The position numbers and the translations under genes were made by a program. Below are positions 11,966 through 26,965 of a stretch of DNA of 64,000 bases, in pieces (within the stretch, counting starts at the first letter, position 1; the number at the start of each line of letters is the position of its first letter). Under the pieces are notes generated by a model. It was not told the DNA's origin and searched no databases. It worked only from the letters and a program-made list of their open reading frames with translations. Location: NCBI GenBank assembly GCA_012295275.1, contig CM022679.1, forward strand, positions 27,218,001 to 27,282,000, read 5' to 3'. This DNA comes from Chrysomallon squamiferum. Its lineage: Eukaryota > Animalia > Mollusca.

Positions 11966-14900
11966 TCTAAATATTTATTTATTTATCATTACAATTATTT
12001 ATTTATTTATTTATTTATTTTTTTATTATTTTTCATTATTATTTTTATTTTTGTAACCTCAGAATTCATATGAAGCATGAAAATAACATTAAATACTGGC
12101 TCTAACCCCTTTTTGTGTTTTATAAATGATGTGGCTCTCACAAAATGTAGACAGAAAGGAGAAGAAATCTTTGACAACCAAATATGAAGTCGTATTAATA
12201 AAATAACAAATGATATGTTTTTGTTTGCTGTTCAATTCATTTTTAGTTTGAATACCAATAATATGAAAATATGTGAAATTACTGTAGTCATGATGATAAA
12301 CTTTAATATCAGGTTTTGGCAGTACATTATACAGTATTTTTTATTTATTGCAGGACAAATATGGACTGATTTCTGTGGCTATGAAAAAGACTTCCCTAGC
12401 AGCTTCAATGCAACCTCACAGGTTAGAAATATTTTTTTGATTTTAAATGATTTTCACTTTTCTACTTTTAGTGAAAAAAAATGCAACAGAAAAAAACTTT
12501 ATAATAACAATAATAATGTCCTGTTTTAAATCTCACAGATTTATTACTTTAGTTTTACATTCAGTTTTTGTTAATAAAATTTATTTTATTTATTTATTTT
12601 TTTATTATTATTATTATTTTATTTTTCACTTCAGGTATGTGTGTTTGTGTGTGTTTATATAAAATGTTTATAAATATCAGTATTAACAGCTAATACAATT
12701 AAATATCAAATAAGATGATTATTCCTTAGATAATTTAAAATTAGTGATCTGTTACCGTGGATGCATTTGTTAAAATTATGAGTTGCTGTTATTGATTTCT
12801 TTATCTATCGGAACTGGATATCTAAGAAAAGCTCTGTTTATAGTTCTAGTCTGAAGGAAGAGGAGTTAAACAGCAAAGTGCCAGTCAGAGAGACTATCAC
12901 AAACTTTGAATCTCTTCCTGACAGCATTTACACAGAGCCACTGGACGTGCTAACAGGTTAACACTAATATCTGTCTTTGTGAATCTTAAACTTGACACTC
13001 ACACACTCACACACACACACACACACTCTCTCTCTCTCTTTCTCTCTCTCTCTATCTGCATCTATTTATTTATTTGTATCTACATCTGTAATGTCTAAGT
13101 CTATTAATTTATCCATATCTTGTTCTGTTTAATCAACCTATCTACTGCTCATCTACATCTTTATCGATGTCTGTCTGTCTGTGTGTGCAGACTTTCTGCT
13201 TCTATTTATCAATCTCTCTCTATGTCTGTCTTCTGTACACGTGTTTGTTTTTCTGTCTGTCTGTCTCTGTTCAATCTTTCTATCTTAGTCTATTAAGCCT
13301 TCTCTTGCTGAGTCTTTTGTCAACAACAGTCTTTTTTGCTATCTCTCTCTCTCTCTGTTAAACATCTTTATAGAATTGGTAGTTAAATATTCTAATACCT
13401 ATCTAAATAATAAATAAAATAACTGAGTTGTATTCATTTTGTATCGTTTTCTCTGTGAAATTTCAAAATATGTCATCTTTCAGCTGTAAGACTTCTTTTT
13501 TATTTTTCAGTGACAACAATGTCTCAGCGACTCGCAGACTGTGAGTTTCAGCCGACATCCATGTCAGCACTGTACCCTCAGCGCAAACATCTGCTTCTTA
13601 GAAAGTCCCTTCGCTGTAAGGTAAACATCCATTTCTTAGAAAGCCTCTACACTGTAAGGTAAACATCCATTTCTTAGAAAGCCTCTACACTGTAAGGTAA
13701 ACATCCATTTCTTAGAAAGCCTCTACACTGTAAGTTAAACATCCATTTCTTAGAAAGTCCCTATGTTGTAAGATAAACATCTGCTTCTTAGAATGCCTGC
13801 ATTGTAATTAATTTCAGGATAAGAAGAGATCAGCTTAAGACTACATTACTAAGAATAGAAACCTCTAATTTTTAGAAAGTAAATATTTAATCAGCTGGTC
13901 CACATTATGCATCTTCTTCATAGATTTATAATCAGAATGTCACATAAGTATGACTGTTTTGTTGTTTTTATTTTTAATTTAGGAATGTGAACACAATCTG
14001 ATTAAACCAGATTACAACCCACTGTCCATCAAGTTTAAGATTCAGCTGAATGCAATGTAAGAGGTTTTTTATTTTTTCTGGAGAAGAAATTGTATTCAGA
14101 TTTCTCTGTTCTCTGTTTTCATTATTTGCTTTCAAACTGTTTATTACTGAAGTTTAGATAGAGACTAATTCTGAAGTCTTCTGCAGTAATATAGATTTGG
14201 ATATTATAATAATAACATGAATTCATCGATTTTTTTTTTTTTCTTCTTTTTTTCTTTTTTTTTTTTAATCTTTCTTTTTTTGTTGTTATTTGTTGTTGTT
14301 AATGCCAATTTTTTTTTTTCTCAAAAGTATTTAATAAAAACTTTCACTATTTGAGAATATTTTATCTACTAATTTGTTTAAATGTGACAGTTTTGATATA
14401 GACAGTTGTTGCTAAAGCAATTAGAACACTTGCTTGAGGCATGATTGGTCACAGGACCAGTTCATTTAAGTGTTTATGGAGAGCTGTATTGCAGTCTAGC
14501 CAGAGCTCCTTGTCTGGTTTTAACCAAGTTTATCACAGACAATTCTCTGCCTGTGGGAAGGTTTATGTAAAGATTTCGTCCTAACCAGTAGGAATAACTG
14601 ATAACTGGTAGTACTACATTTCCTCTGATGTTTAAACATTATAGTAGTACCTACCTAAAACATCATTTACTGTTAATCACATTTTTTTCATTTGACTATG
14701 TGCTCTGTGTCTAATAACAGACTAAAATGTAAATTTTTCTTTGATTTTTTTTTTACAGAAACTTTGTTCCTGACATTCATATCCAGTCACCAGCTGTTTT
14801 CATGAAGAATAAAGTAAGTTTTATTTTATTTTATTTTATGTTTTCACTTAGTGTCAGTTTATATCTAATTTTACACTGTCATACATTTTTAATTTCAAGC

Positions 14901-15739
14901 ATTGTTATTTTACTTTATTGTAGAATAATCCTTGGAGATGCCCTATTAGTTTTTGCTCAACACAAATATCATTAAGTATTGCAATCAAAATAATCTAAAT
15001 ACTTCAAAATCTGGTACAATTTTTGTATTGTGTTGTGTATTATGAAATAGGTATTTGATTGTCATCTGAATCCAGATAAAACATTGCTTGTATCATAAAA
15101 TGATAAATTAACCACATGTTCTACTTATAAAGATTGCTCTTACACGTAAACAAACCAAATATATTTCTGAAAATAATAAACTATCTTGTCATATTTGTAA
15201 ATGTAATTAAAACGTAAAACTGTCGAGACGTGTTTGTGTTTCCAGGAAACCCTGGTATGCCTGACTGTGAGTAACCCATCGGTGTACAACATGGCCATAC
15301 ATCTTCTTCCTGTAGAGGGCATTCTTGATCCCCTGGTCACAGCCAAGGTTGGTTACCATAAATGTTTAAACAAGACACGTTTATATCTTATATCAGATAT
15401 GTAATTTACCACTTTGTTTACAACTGTTTTGCTTTTAACATTTGTGTGTACAAGGTCGTCACTACACAAACAATGAGATAACATCTGTACATCCCAACAA
15501 CCAGATATTTTGTTGATATTCTTTAGATAGTGATAAAGATTTGTTACAAAAAAAAACATTAAGTGATTACATGCAGACATACAAATAGACAGACAAACAC
15601 AGAAGCATACATATTAACACACACACCAACACAGAAGCACAAATACACACATACACAAGGTGAGACAGACACACATATACACACACAGACAGAAAAATAT
15701 AAACTAATATAATTGATACACATATACGCACACAGAGAG

Positions 15740-15770
<31 letters not shown>

Positions 15771-16448
15771 AACTGTACACATTTTTATATTCCCACCCCA
15801 AGTTCCCTTTTTAATCTTCCCTTTGCCCGTCTGCCCTTGCCACACCCCAAATTTACTTCTCATCTGCCCTTCCCCCATCTCCAGTTAACTTACATCTTCC
15901 CCCTCGTTGTTTCAGATTGATCTGCCCAGACAGGAGATTGTCATCTGGAAACGTGATGATGCTGCCATGTATGACGATGCATCACAGATGCAGCATGAGA
16001 TACGCGATGACCCCAGGTTGGTATCACGATTATGTTATAACCTTAGGTTAATAAAATGAAACACGTTTATTTTGTTTTTTTAAATATGTGAAATGCAATA
16101 TGGCCTCTGATTATTTATAATGAAATATAAAGTTGCTGTTTTTGAAATATTGGCCTGGTTAGATTCGCAATATGTAATAATTACTTTTTGTCGTATTTTA
16201 TGACCTCGGGTAAATTGCATGACACCATGTATTTAACTTCTGTGAGAAATGTGTGTTTCGACCTCTGCTAAATTACAATAAGTAAATGGTTTATCCTTAC
16301 AATATGAAATTATTTATGCTACCTTAAGTGAAAAGTCCCACCAGGCTGAGTTACTCCTGACCTGTGGGAAGAGCATTTATTTATTTATTTATTTATTTAT
16401 TTACTTGTTTATTTATTTATTTATTTATTTACTTACTTGTTTATTTGT

Positions 16449-16489
<41 letters not shown>

Positions 16490-19123
16490 TTTTTAATTTT
16501 TTTAATTTTTATTTTTTTTTTGGAATTTTTTATCAATTTTATTTCAGCTGTTGCTGCATTTATTATTGTTGTTGTTTTGTTATTATTTTTATTGCCATTA
16601 CTATTATCTTTTTATACTATTTTATATATCAGAAAATTCAAAATGGTTTTTCTTTTGTGGTTGTTGGTTTTTTGTTGTTTTTTAAGTTAATCTGTGATAA
16701 TATCTCTTTAAAAAAGAATCTCTCTTTTTATTATTCAGTTTGGTTGCTTTTCGAAAAGCAAACAAGATTGGACTATATGTGAGGATTGCACCCTTTATTG
16801 ACAAGGGTGATGTTACGGTAATTATAAACTTTTACATTTATTTTTCAAGTTATAATGATAATAATAGTAATAATAAGAATGATCACAAAATTATACCTAC
16901 TCTAAATCCCGAGATTTATTATTATTATTTCATTTTTGTTTATTTTTTTTTTATTATTTTATTTTTTCCATATTTCATTTATTTTTTCCAAATAGTATGA
17001 AATAATGTTAAATTTTATTTTTACTAAACTTTAATGGCTTAGAAATATATCTCATGGTATTTTTTAGGCTGTTTATTTCTACTACCTTAATTACATATTA
17101 ATACTACTTTTTCTTTTTCTTAATGATAAAAAAATAATGAAAAAAAATTTAAATCAGAGCTACGGCAGTTAAATAATAACAGTATAAAAGCAGTAGCACT
17201 AACAGTATATTCTGATGATTTATTGAATACATGTTTTAACAAAGTCTGAACACATTTTACAGTCAAAACTTTGTATTGCCCCTTGTATGCTGTCATATTA
17301 ATTTTACTGCCTGATCACAGTTTAAATGTAAACACACAGTAAAATTACCTGATAAAACACCATTATGTCTGTGATTATGGAGCCTATATATATTTATTAT
17401 CTAAACTGTCTTGGCATGGTTCCACCAAACATTCAATATGTAATGACAGGGCATAAATCCACTTTATTCACATGGTGTATGATTCAGCACGTTTAACATT
17501 ATTCTCTAACAAAATAGGTCTTGGGTTTGGCATGTGAAATAATTTATTATTATTAGTAAACTCATTTGAATGCCAAAATCTGTTGGTTACTTGAATACCA
17601 ATGTTTTGATAGAGAGAGAGACAGACAGACATACAGACAGACACAATTCAGAGATAAATCAGGTAACAAAATGAAGCTTTCCAAGTCACAAATCTGATTT
17701 AACATTTCACATATCTGTTTGCTGTATATTAATATATAATTAAGGTAGTGCAAATATATAGGCTAAATACTTCCATGAGATATATTTTTTTCTAGACACC
17801 AAACTTTACTAAAGAACCTCAGTCCGTTAACATTCATAATTCTGTTTCACCCTTCACTGTCTTTGGATTAAAATGGGCTAAGTGTTACAGGTCACTGGTT
17901 CCTTTACATACGAAGTAACATGATTCACTACCAAGATAGGGTATCACCATGAAACAGCAAAGATTTGAATTATTTTAGAAGCACATTATACAAGGAAGTA
18001 ATAATACCAGGCTGATGTCAGTCATATAAAATGAATAAATAAATGAATGTTTAAAAACATCCAAGCACAAAACAAAAACAAATGTATGTCAGCTACCTGA
18101 TGTCAAAACATTGGTAAAGATATAATAACTAAATGTACATTAATATATTACAGCAGCTAAAGTGGTTTTAGGGGAATTTTGAATCTTGACAGCTATAATA
18201 ATAATGGCTATTGAAAGTACTTAAAATACAGGTATTCTGAAATATGGGTCTGACAGTGATATTTGATAGTGAAACAAGCATTGTTTTGTTGGTATGTTGA
18301 GCAGTTCCTAGTTATCCACAGAGAAATAGTGTGAAGTTTACCTCTGTTTGATTAGACCATTCCTGTGTGGACAATAGTATTTAAAAACTGATTCTGCTGT
18401 TACTGGTCACTCAGCAAAGTACTCATACTTCAAAACATTTTATCAGATAACATTAAGTAATTTTCTACTTTATAACAGTTGAAAAAGGAAGTTCAACACT
18501 CATGTTTACTGATAATAATAATTGTGTGGGTAAACACAAGGAAGTCTGCTTAATACAGATTTTCAGTTTAATTAGCACAGAATGGTCATTTTTCATATTT
18601 TACAACAACAAAAAAAAATGTATATTATTTAGTTATTATGCAGGTATGTATGTATATATGGTTTCATGGCTCAGAGAACATAAATAATACTAAATGGGGG
18701 GGAATTACCTAAAAGAAATATTTGCTTATGATTGGTCCAAACTAGTAAACAAACAAAAAAAATCTTGCTTTACTTATCAAAAGATAAACATACAGTCCTA
18801 TCCGGTCTGTTGACTTGAATACATTCAGACAAAGCTCACAAGAAATACAAGACGAGCTACACTAACAAAAAACATTTTCTTTGTTTTTACGCTTTTAATT
18901 CCTCATCAGTATTTCTATGACTTATGTACATATTTTTTAATAAAAAGAAATTAAAAAAAAAAAAAATAATAATAATTTAAAATTGCTTTTTTTCTAGGTA
19001 AACTTTCTAGTGAAACACGAGTATCGCAACACGACGGCTACAATTCAGTCAGAAGTGAAAGAACCACCGGTTTTGTGGCTGGAACATCAAGTGTTTGTCA
19101 CAGTGGGCAAAATACAACACTAA
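8883..19123 (+). CDS. DCTN4: Dynactin subunit 4 (p62), 457 aa, 14 exons
   Basis: Exons 8883-9011, 9868-9938, 10250-10440, 11221-11264, 11750-11860, 12354-12421, 12844-12956, 13511-13620, 13983-14056, 14759-14813, 15246-15347, 15916-16016, 16739-16817 and 18998-19123 are all GT-AG and in phase (1374 nt). Motifs LYLCRHCSELRC, DSHYC.HCLENMPSAEAK, YYLACGFCRWTTRDVG, RKSLRCKECEHNLIKP, FKIQL and FRKANKIG match dynactin p62. Confidence 0.96.
10487..10710. repeat. Intronic degenerate tandem repeat, ~55-75-bp spacing, ~4 copies (DCTN4 intron 3)
   Basis: tttagagtattctgtacaagtaagtttagaacagaaaat recurs. Confidence 0.65.
11385..11645 (+). mobile_element. Highly decayed SINE-like interspersed repeat; similar remnants possibly at ~14410-14640, ~18040-18120 (-) and ~36500-36760
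   Basis: GC-richer intronic patch (ccagccaagtgccccataactg...catataaaa...gtgtcattaaacaa) resembling, from memory, tRNA-derived SINEs of gastropods. Box A/B not intact; not verified by a search. Confidence 0.3.
13585..13806 (+). repeat. 38-bp tandem repeat derived from the DCTN4 exon 8 3' end plus splice donor (~5.8 copies)
   Basis: Unit gtaaacatccatttcttagaaagcctctacactgtaag; the first copy lies in the exon (aaacatctgcttcttagaaagtcccttcgctgtaag). Confidence 0.92.
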
Positions 19124-19690
19124 CCTAGCTTAAAACCTTTAAGAAACACACCGTTTTCACTAAGCTTTCCCCTTTTTCAGGTTTTAAAATATTTCACAAA
19201 TTATTATTGCTATGGCTACCAGTTTTTGATTTTGACTATTCCTACAAGACAGTGAAATTCTGATTTCATTTTGGATCAGTACAACACTAACTTAGCTTAA
19301 ACCTTTAAAAAATATATTTTACTGTTTTCAGTAAGCTTCAGCTTTTCAAGTTCAAAATATTTTTTAAATTGTTATGGTTCTGATTACATGTTTGTTTATG
19401 AATATGACAATAGAAAATTGATTTAATTTTGGATTGGAGTTGGAAAGTACAACACTAACTTAGCATAAACCTTTAAAAAAAAAAATTCAGTAGTTTTCTT
19501 TTTTCTAAATATTTTTGACATTGTTATTGCTATGGCTACCAGTTTTGTTTTTCAAGATTACGACAAGACAGTGAAAATTGATTTTACTTTGGATCAGCAA
19601 TGGAATATACAACACTAACTTAGCTTAAACCTTTTAAAAATATTTTTTGCTGTTTTCTGCAAGCTTCTCCTTTTCAAGTTAAAAATACGG
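19113..19690 (+). repeat. ~165-bp tandem repeat (~3.5 copies) in the DCTN4 3' UTR, starting at the stop codon
   Basis: tacaacactaac(c/t)tagc(t/a)taaa recurs at 19113, 19280, 19448 and 19608, with shared internal blocks (ttattgctatggctaccagttt, caagacagtgaaa, ttttggat). Confidence 0.88.
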
Positions 19691-20053
19691 TTACTGTTAA
19701 ATGAAGATTTAACCAGTAGAACCCTAATATCCTAATGTTCGTGTGTTTGCCTGTCTTGGGTACCTTGGTCAGTAATTGGCTGCTTGTCATCCACATCTCT
19801 GACATCACTAGCAATCTCTTCAGGCTCACCTCGTGATGACTGTTTCAGATTTGTGGCCAGTATTTTGGCTACTCGTGGATATGTTTATGTGTTTCAGCCT
19901 TTTGGGTATATATATGCTTTTAATTCACGGCCAATTGGATTCTTGGGATTAAATATTGTGAAGCCACAGAATGAATTGTTTTGTTTTTGCTAATTCTAGT
20001 TGATGATCATTTTGTAAATACTTATTTATTTATTTGTTTATTTATTTGTTTTA

Positions 20054-20101
<48 letters not shown>

Positions 20102-21124
20102 TTCTGGTGCTGTTGGTAACGTTATTTAAATAGTATAACCATTCATTTGATATCTTTGTTCAGATAATTTATTTAAGTGTAATGTCTAGAAAATTGTGTC
20201 AGTATGAATATATACACACATGCATGAAATCATACACATACATATAACATACATATATACACATACACATGCACACATACATTCATTCATTCATTCATTC
20301 CTACATTATATATATATATACACACATACAAATATGTTAGAAATATTTATCTTTATCCCACTGATACAGAAAAGAATAATAATAAAGCTTGTATTTTGTT
20401 AATGTTTTGACATGGTTAATATAGATTATAATTAGAAAGTTTTTGTTCTTGTGGTAATGCTGGTTACTGCTGTTCATTTTCTGTGCAATATTAAATAAAT
20501 TAAACCATAATTTTTATTTTGTTGTTACTTATCCATGTTAAAATATCTACTTGATACACACACCACACAGGGAAATGGAAATACTATTATGTCCTGTTTG
20601 TCAATAGGAATGATTTCGTTTTATGAAACATGATATTCCAGTAATTAATTCAGATAAAATGAAGAAACGGTATTTAGTTATGAACAACATTTCTTGTTAT
20701 TTATTTGTTTGTTTGTTTGTTTTAGGATTCATATGACGGTCTTTTTAATTACAGTTTCGACTGCATTATTAAAGTGAAGTCATACACTATAGTTATTTGT
20801 TGATTATACTTTACCGGTTTTCACAGTTTTTCCCGATTCGTCGGGAATTTTTAGCCGATGAATCAGTCGGATGTTACGTATTAGAGAATGTTCCGCTTAA
20901 CGCTGTTTTTAGCTTCAGTACAAGGAAACGCTACTCTGTAAAAAAGTAATTAACAAAACCTCGTCGTTCTCTCGAAAAAAATCATCATTATATAAAATGG
21001 TCTTTCACTCTTAAGTATTTCCAGAATGTATGCTATTTTTTCTCATAACCCCCATCCAGTCGAACAATTTTGATGATATCCCATCCACCTTTGATTTCAG
21101 TATCAAGTTAACAATATTTCTGGT

Positions 21125-21205
21125 GTAATACGTCATTTCATTGTGACGTCATTGGATGGGTTAAAGCGTGCATTTGCGAATTACCCCCACTCCCCCACCC
21201 CGGTT
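21125..21205 (+). promoter_or_regulatory. Candidate promoter motif cluster
   Basis: TACGTCA (21129), full CRE TGACGTCA (21144-21151), ATTGG (reverse CCAAT, 21151) and CACCC/CCCC boxes (21184-21201), with donor-like sites downstream at 21343 and 21370. Confidence 0.45.
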
Positions 21206-22071
21206 AAAGTGAGCTGAAATCAGTGAAATTGTTAGTCCAGGCATAGATGTGTGTGGTCTGTTATTTGAGAACAGCAGGGAAACCAACGAGAAATAAATTA
21301 TTTAGATATTTTAAGAGCTTCAGAGCGTTTGCTAGGACTAAGGTACCTCATGATATTAGCTGAAACCTATGTAAGCTGTAAGCTGAATATTTTAGTATTA
21401 TTATATTTATTTATTTATTTGTTTATCTTACTATTATTGTTATTTGTTGTAATTTATTTTTAAATTGCGTTATAATTTCTAAATTATGAATTAATGAATA
21501 TATATATATTAAAAATAAAATAAAATAAAATAAAATAACAAAACAAACACACCACATTAAACAACGATCATTAAATCCGTTTGTATAAAACATTCAACTT
21601 ATTTATATGAGTGTAATGCTTATTTTTGTACAGGAATGCTTGGTATTTGTTTAACAAGTAAATCACTTGCCAAGTGCCTTTAGAATACCTCCTTAAACCA
21701 GAAATGTATTTAAACAGCAAACGTCAGTACTAAGAATGGTAGAGGCAAACAAGGGGAGCACGTACATAATGTTTTTGGGGGGGTAGGGGTCTGAAGCTTG
21801 AACTGTAATGGCAGCTCTTCACAAATAACAGCGCCTTCTGGTTAACCATAGTTATTATCTTCTATGGCTTGATCGGTGATTAAAATTTTGAATTTATGTG
21901 AACTAAAATTGCTTCTAGGACCCCTTTGGGTTATGTACTTTCATATTATTAATTTATTTATTTTGTTTATTTAAATTTTATTACTGTTATTATTTGTTAT
22001 TATTGTCAGTGATGCTTTTGTTGTTAGTGCCGTTATTTATTATTGTTGTTACTGTTGTTGTTGTTGATCTT

Positions 22072-22147
<76 letters not shown>

Positions 22148-23272
22148 GTTAGGTATTTTGCTATTTCATAAACTGACTTTTTTCATAATCAACAATTATA
22201 AATGAAAACACAACCCCTTGATTGCATTTTATTCTTCTCTATTATTTAATTTTTTTTTTTTTTCAATTTTTTCAAGATTTTATTTTATTTTATTTTATTT
22301 TATTTATTTATTTATTTTATTTTTTTTTTTTTTTTTTCACTCTTCGATCATTTCGTCACTTTATTAACTGACGTTTTCAATACTTTTTCATTTAGTTTTA
22401 TCGCGTTTTTATCACTTACGTAAGTTTTCGTATGAATAATAGTTTTACGTTCTCTCCGTGGTAAGATTAGTCAACAAATATTTTATTTTAGAGAATTAAT
22501 TAATTAAGTGTTTATTGAAATTACTTGAAAAATCGTTTCCTTATAAGGAATACAGTACAAGGGGAATAACCGCAATTTACAAGTGTTGGTTTCGGTTTCG
22601 TATAACAAAACATGTTTAGACATATTCTGTCATAAATAATTATCCAAGAAACCATATAAATGAAAAAAGTAAACACATTCATCCACAATGTATCCAACGT
22701 ATTAGCAACATAATAGACACTGAACAAACATCAAAAATTCACTTCAGTCGTAAAGCAATAATTTAAATATAATGATTGGCAACAAAGAAAATTAATAATA
22801 ATGACATTTTTAATTAGGTATATAATTTTAACTTTTACTTTCAATTTTAACTTTCAATTTATCTTAAAAGAGGCAACACCTTTTTAATTAAATAGTTATA
22901 TAATGTACTTTTTAGCACGTGTATATAAAATATATATCAAATAACGTAACTAATCTTGTCAGTTCTGAATAGTGAGAAAAGATATTTGTTTGCGAGTTAT
23001 ATAACAAAATACAAGATGGTTTATTTCATTTGTCGCTGCTGCTGATGATGATGCTAGAAATCAAAAGTGTGTTTAGTGCGAAATTAAGTGTGTGTGTCTT
23101 ACATATCGTACGCATATTATAATATAGAAAAAAAGGAGAAAAAGAAAAGGTCTTCAGAATTATAAAAGTAATATGAAATTAAAATTAATATACCGTACAT
23201 ATTATTCATAAGGTCTCCAGATTTAAGAAAGAAAAAAAGCATAAAAATGAATCGCATAAAAATAAATAAATA

Positions 23273-23334
<62 letters not shown>

Positions 23335-25214
23335 TGATGATGATGATGACGAAAAAGAAGAGACGGTTTTACATTAAAGCTGCCTTCTCTGTCATTACAA
23401 TTAACAGACATAATAATAACTATAATAACTAACTAAATAAATAAATAAAGACAAATTTAAATATATTTTGGATAATTAGATTTTATATTACTACGCTGTT
23501 ACCACATTCACATAAACAGTGAACAAAATGGCGGAATCGTTAGTAGATATTTAAGTCTGGCTAAAAAACAAAAAAACAACAAAACAAAAATCGCTGATTG
23601 ATTTATGTTTCTTAAAATGATAATATATCATTATTTTAGTTATGTATCGTATTTAAGAATGTTTACAGTATTGCAAAGTCTTTATCGATTGGTTGATATA
23701 AATACGGTTATTCCCCCTCTTGGAAAAACCCAGGATAAGACGTAAAAGAGTTATTCTGCAGACATTCTTCGCAAAGGTAATTATAACTTGTTTTTACATT
23801 TGATTTTACCGTTTTTTATACATGTAATTTAAACTCTTTTTCATAATAATCAATAGCAATATCTGTTCGATGATACTTTTTCCCTATTTGGATAGTAAAT
23901 GTTTTAGTTATTTCTTTTTTCTGAAGCAGTATTCACATTATTTGTAAAACTTAATTTTGTCAGCTTTAGAACTCAGATGATAGAGTTAATTCATATTTTC
24001 TTCTTCTTCTTCTTCTTCTTCTTCTTCTTCTTCTTCTTCTTCTTCACAATTCAGTGTAACTAAATATCGATTTATCGATATATTTTTATTGTTGAAAATC
24101 TGGATAATTTTCTATTTTGTTCAACTCTTTATTACCGATAGGACTATCTAAGTCTAGCGTCCTGGTGTAAAAATACTGCAACTACTACTACTACAACTAC
24201 TACTACTACTACTACTACTACTAATAATAATAATAATAATAATAATGATACCTATAACATTTAATTGTAATCATCATAAAACTATAATATGAAATATGAA
24301 ATAAAATGTAAATACTCTTGTTAATATAAAATAATAAAATGTGTAAATACAAAAAGAATAAGTGCTGCCAGCTGGCGTGTAAAAATGTTTGTAACAAAAA
24401 ATAAAATAAAATAAAATATAATAAAATGATAAAAATTAATAACTACGAATACTAACCGATTACACTAACACACGATAATTTATTATATAAAAACATAACA
24501 TTTCTATCTTGAAAAATAAGATTTCTCACTGTATTTTTCTTTACAATGTTACTGTGTGTGTGCGTGTGTGGGTGTGGGTGTGGCTGCGGGTGTGTGAGTG
24601 CGCGCGTGTTTGTCGGTGGGAGTGTCTGTGTCTGAATAGCATAATTACACATAAGCACATCTCGTGATATTGGTGACGTGACACCTATTACTTTACAAGT
24701 ACAGTTACATCAGTTGAATATTTGACATACGTTAATCCTAGCAGTTGTTTTAATTTTTCGAACAGGTAATCATAATGGTATTTTATTTTAGTTCATTTTA
24801 TTTTATTTTATTTTTTTTATTTAGTTATTTATTTATTTATTTATTTATTATTATTATTATTATATTTTTAAAGTAGTGGTTAAGTTACATATATATATAT
24901 ATATATATAATTTATTTTTAAATCTTCCTGTATCTCACTGTGTGAAGAACGCCCCCCCACACACACACACACACGTGAATGATATTAACCTTATATTAAA
25001 ATGATGCTCGATTTGTTCGATTGTATGTTAATTGTCTTTGACCTGTATCACCTGATACTGATCATTCCACTTAAACAATAAAATGTAATGATATAGCGAA
25101 TCACGGGTTTTGTTAATCTTGTACTATATATTTTGCTTACGTGAATATTGTTCCTAATAATAATAATAATAATATCTATATATATCTATATGTAATATTA
25201 AATCTGCCATTTTG

Positions 25215-25357
25215 TAAAAGGTTTATTCAGATAATTAAATACGTTTATAGTGATCGCTTCACTGAACATTTTAGAACGAAATTATAAACCAAAAATCCAG
25301 TTTAAAAAGATGTAAATTAATTTTAAGAAATGAAAATAATTATTAAATGCCTTCATC

Positions 25358-25388
<31 letters not shown>

Positions 25389-26965
25389 AATGAGAAACGA
25401 AAGGTTAAAAAAAAAAAAAAAAAAAAAAAAGAGAGAGAAAGAATTGAAAAAGAAAAATTATTAATTTTTCATGGGAAAGGAATACAATAAATGTCAATTT
25501 TCAATGAATAAAAAGATAGTCTCAAAAGACGAAAATTTAAAATGAAAAGAAAAATGATAAAAAGTTAAAATCTATATTTTAAAAGAAAGAATGAATGATA
25601 AAACTAAAAGTAAAAATTGTCAAAAAAAACAACACCAAACAGTTGTTTTAAATCAGAGGTATTTTTTTGCTTCAAGAATAACTGATTTATCAAGCAAATT
25701 TTTCAACTTTTTTTTCTTTTTTTTCAGAAAATATTTAGAAAGCAATTTTTGGTTTTTTCTACGACATACCTGTAAGTATAAACATTTTTATAAATCATTT
25801 TAAATACTAATAATAAAATAAAAAAAAAAAAAAAAAAAAACATATTTTAGGGAATTCCCCATTTGGAAACTTCCAAAACATTCTCGAGAGGTTAAGGGGG
25901 ATACGTGAGCCTCTGTTTTTTAATAACTTTGTAATCTGAAAAAATTACGTTGTTGAAACATCAAATTACATTTTTTAACTGTTACTCTTTCAACTGAGAG
26001 ACAAATTTCACGTTCTGACAACAAATTAGACATTTTTGTCGTGGCAAAACAAAAGAGCCAGCTCGCCATATTGTTACTCACTCTATACTGATTTTACTTT
26101 GTTAAACTGTTACTACAATTCGACGTTATTAACTGAGTTAAATTTTTGTCACCTGTGGATGCTGTAAGGTAACTAACTGTAAGGGTTGTTGTAGTTATAT
26201 TATGTATTATTAGTAAAAAATACCTATACGAATATTTTCGATTTTATCATGAAATAAGAACGTGACTGAAACATATGGTGCATTGTATTTTATACGTTGA
26301 GTAATATACGTCACGTTGTTTTAGTCTCATGATAAGATGTTGTGATTCATGAAACAGATATATATATATATATATATACCAAGAAAAAGAAAACACTGTA
26401 CACTATCTTGGCTTAAAAGGTTTATTCAGATAATTAAATATATTTATTGAAGAATTATCTTTTTTCCCCCAAGTTTATTTCTTGAATTTTGTGTTATTCA
26501 AACATTATAAACTTTTTGTCTTTAATTCAGCTTTATTTTAAACGAAAACAAGAAATATACGAAACAAATAAAAACATAAAAATTAAAATTAAAAAAACCA
26601 ACAATTTTTGATGGAAAGGGCATACAATAAAAGTGATTTTTCAATGATTAAAAAGATAACTCAAAAGACAAAAATAAAAGATAAAACAAATATTTTAAAA
26701 AGTTAAAATCCTTATTTTAAAAAAAAAAAGGAAAAATTAAAAAAAAAAAAATATATATATATATATATTTGTATTAAATCAGAGGAATTATTACTTCAAT
26801 AATGACTGAAGTGTTAAGATGTATTTTTTGTTGTATTTTTTTTTTGTTTTGTTTACAACATTAAGAGAGAGGTAGAGACAAAGTGAGTATAAACATTTTT
26901 CTACATTATTTTAAACAAACAAAACATCATTCAACCAAACTAGAATCTTTTAGGGAATTCATGGA
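25215..26965. repeat. Diverged local duplication (about 25215-25860 and 26414-26965)
   Basis: Collinear shared blocks taaaaggtttattcagataattaaata, tacaataaa..ttttcaatga.taaaaagata..tcaaaagac, aatcagagg, gt(a/g)agtataaacattttt and tttagggaattc; offset 1.1-1.2 kb. Confidence 0.8.
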
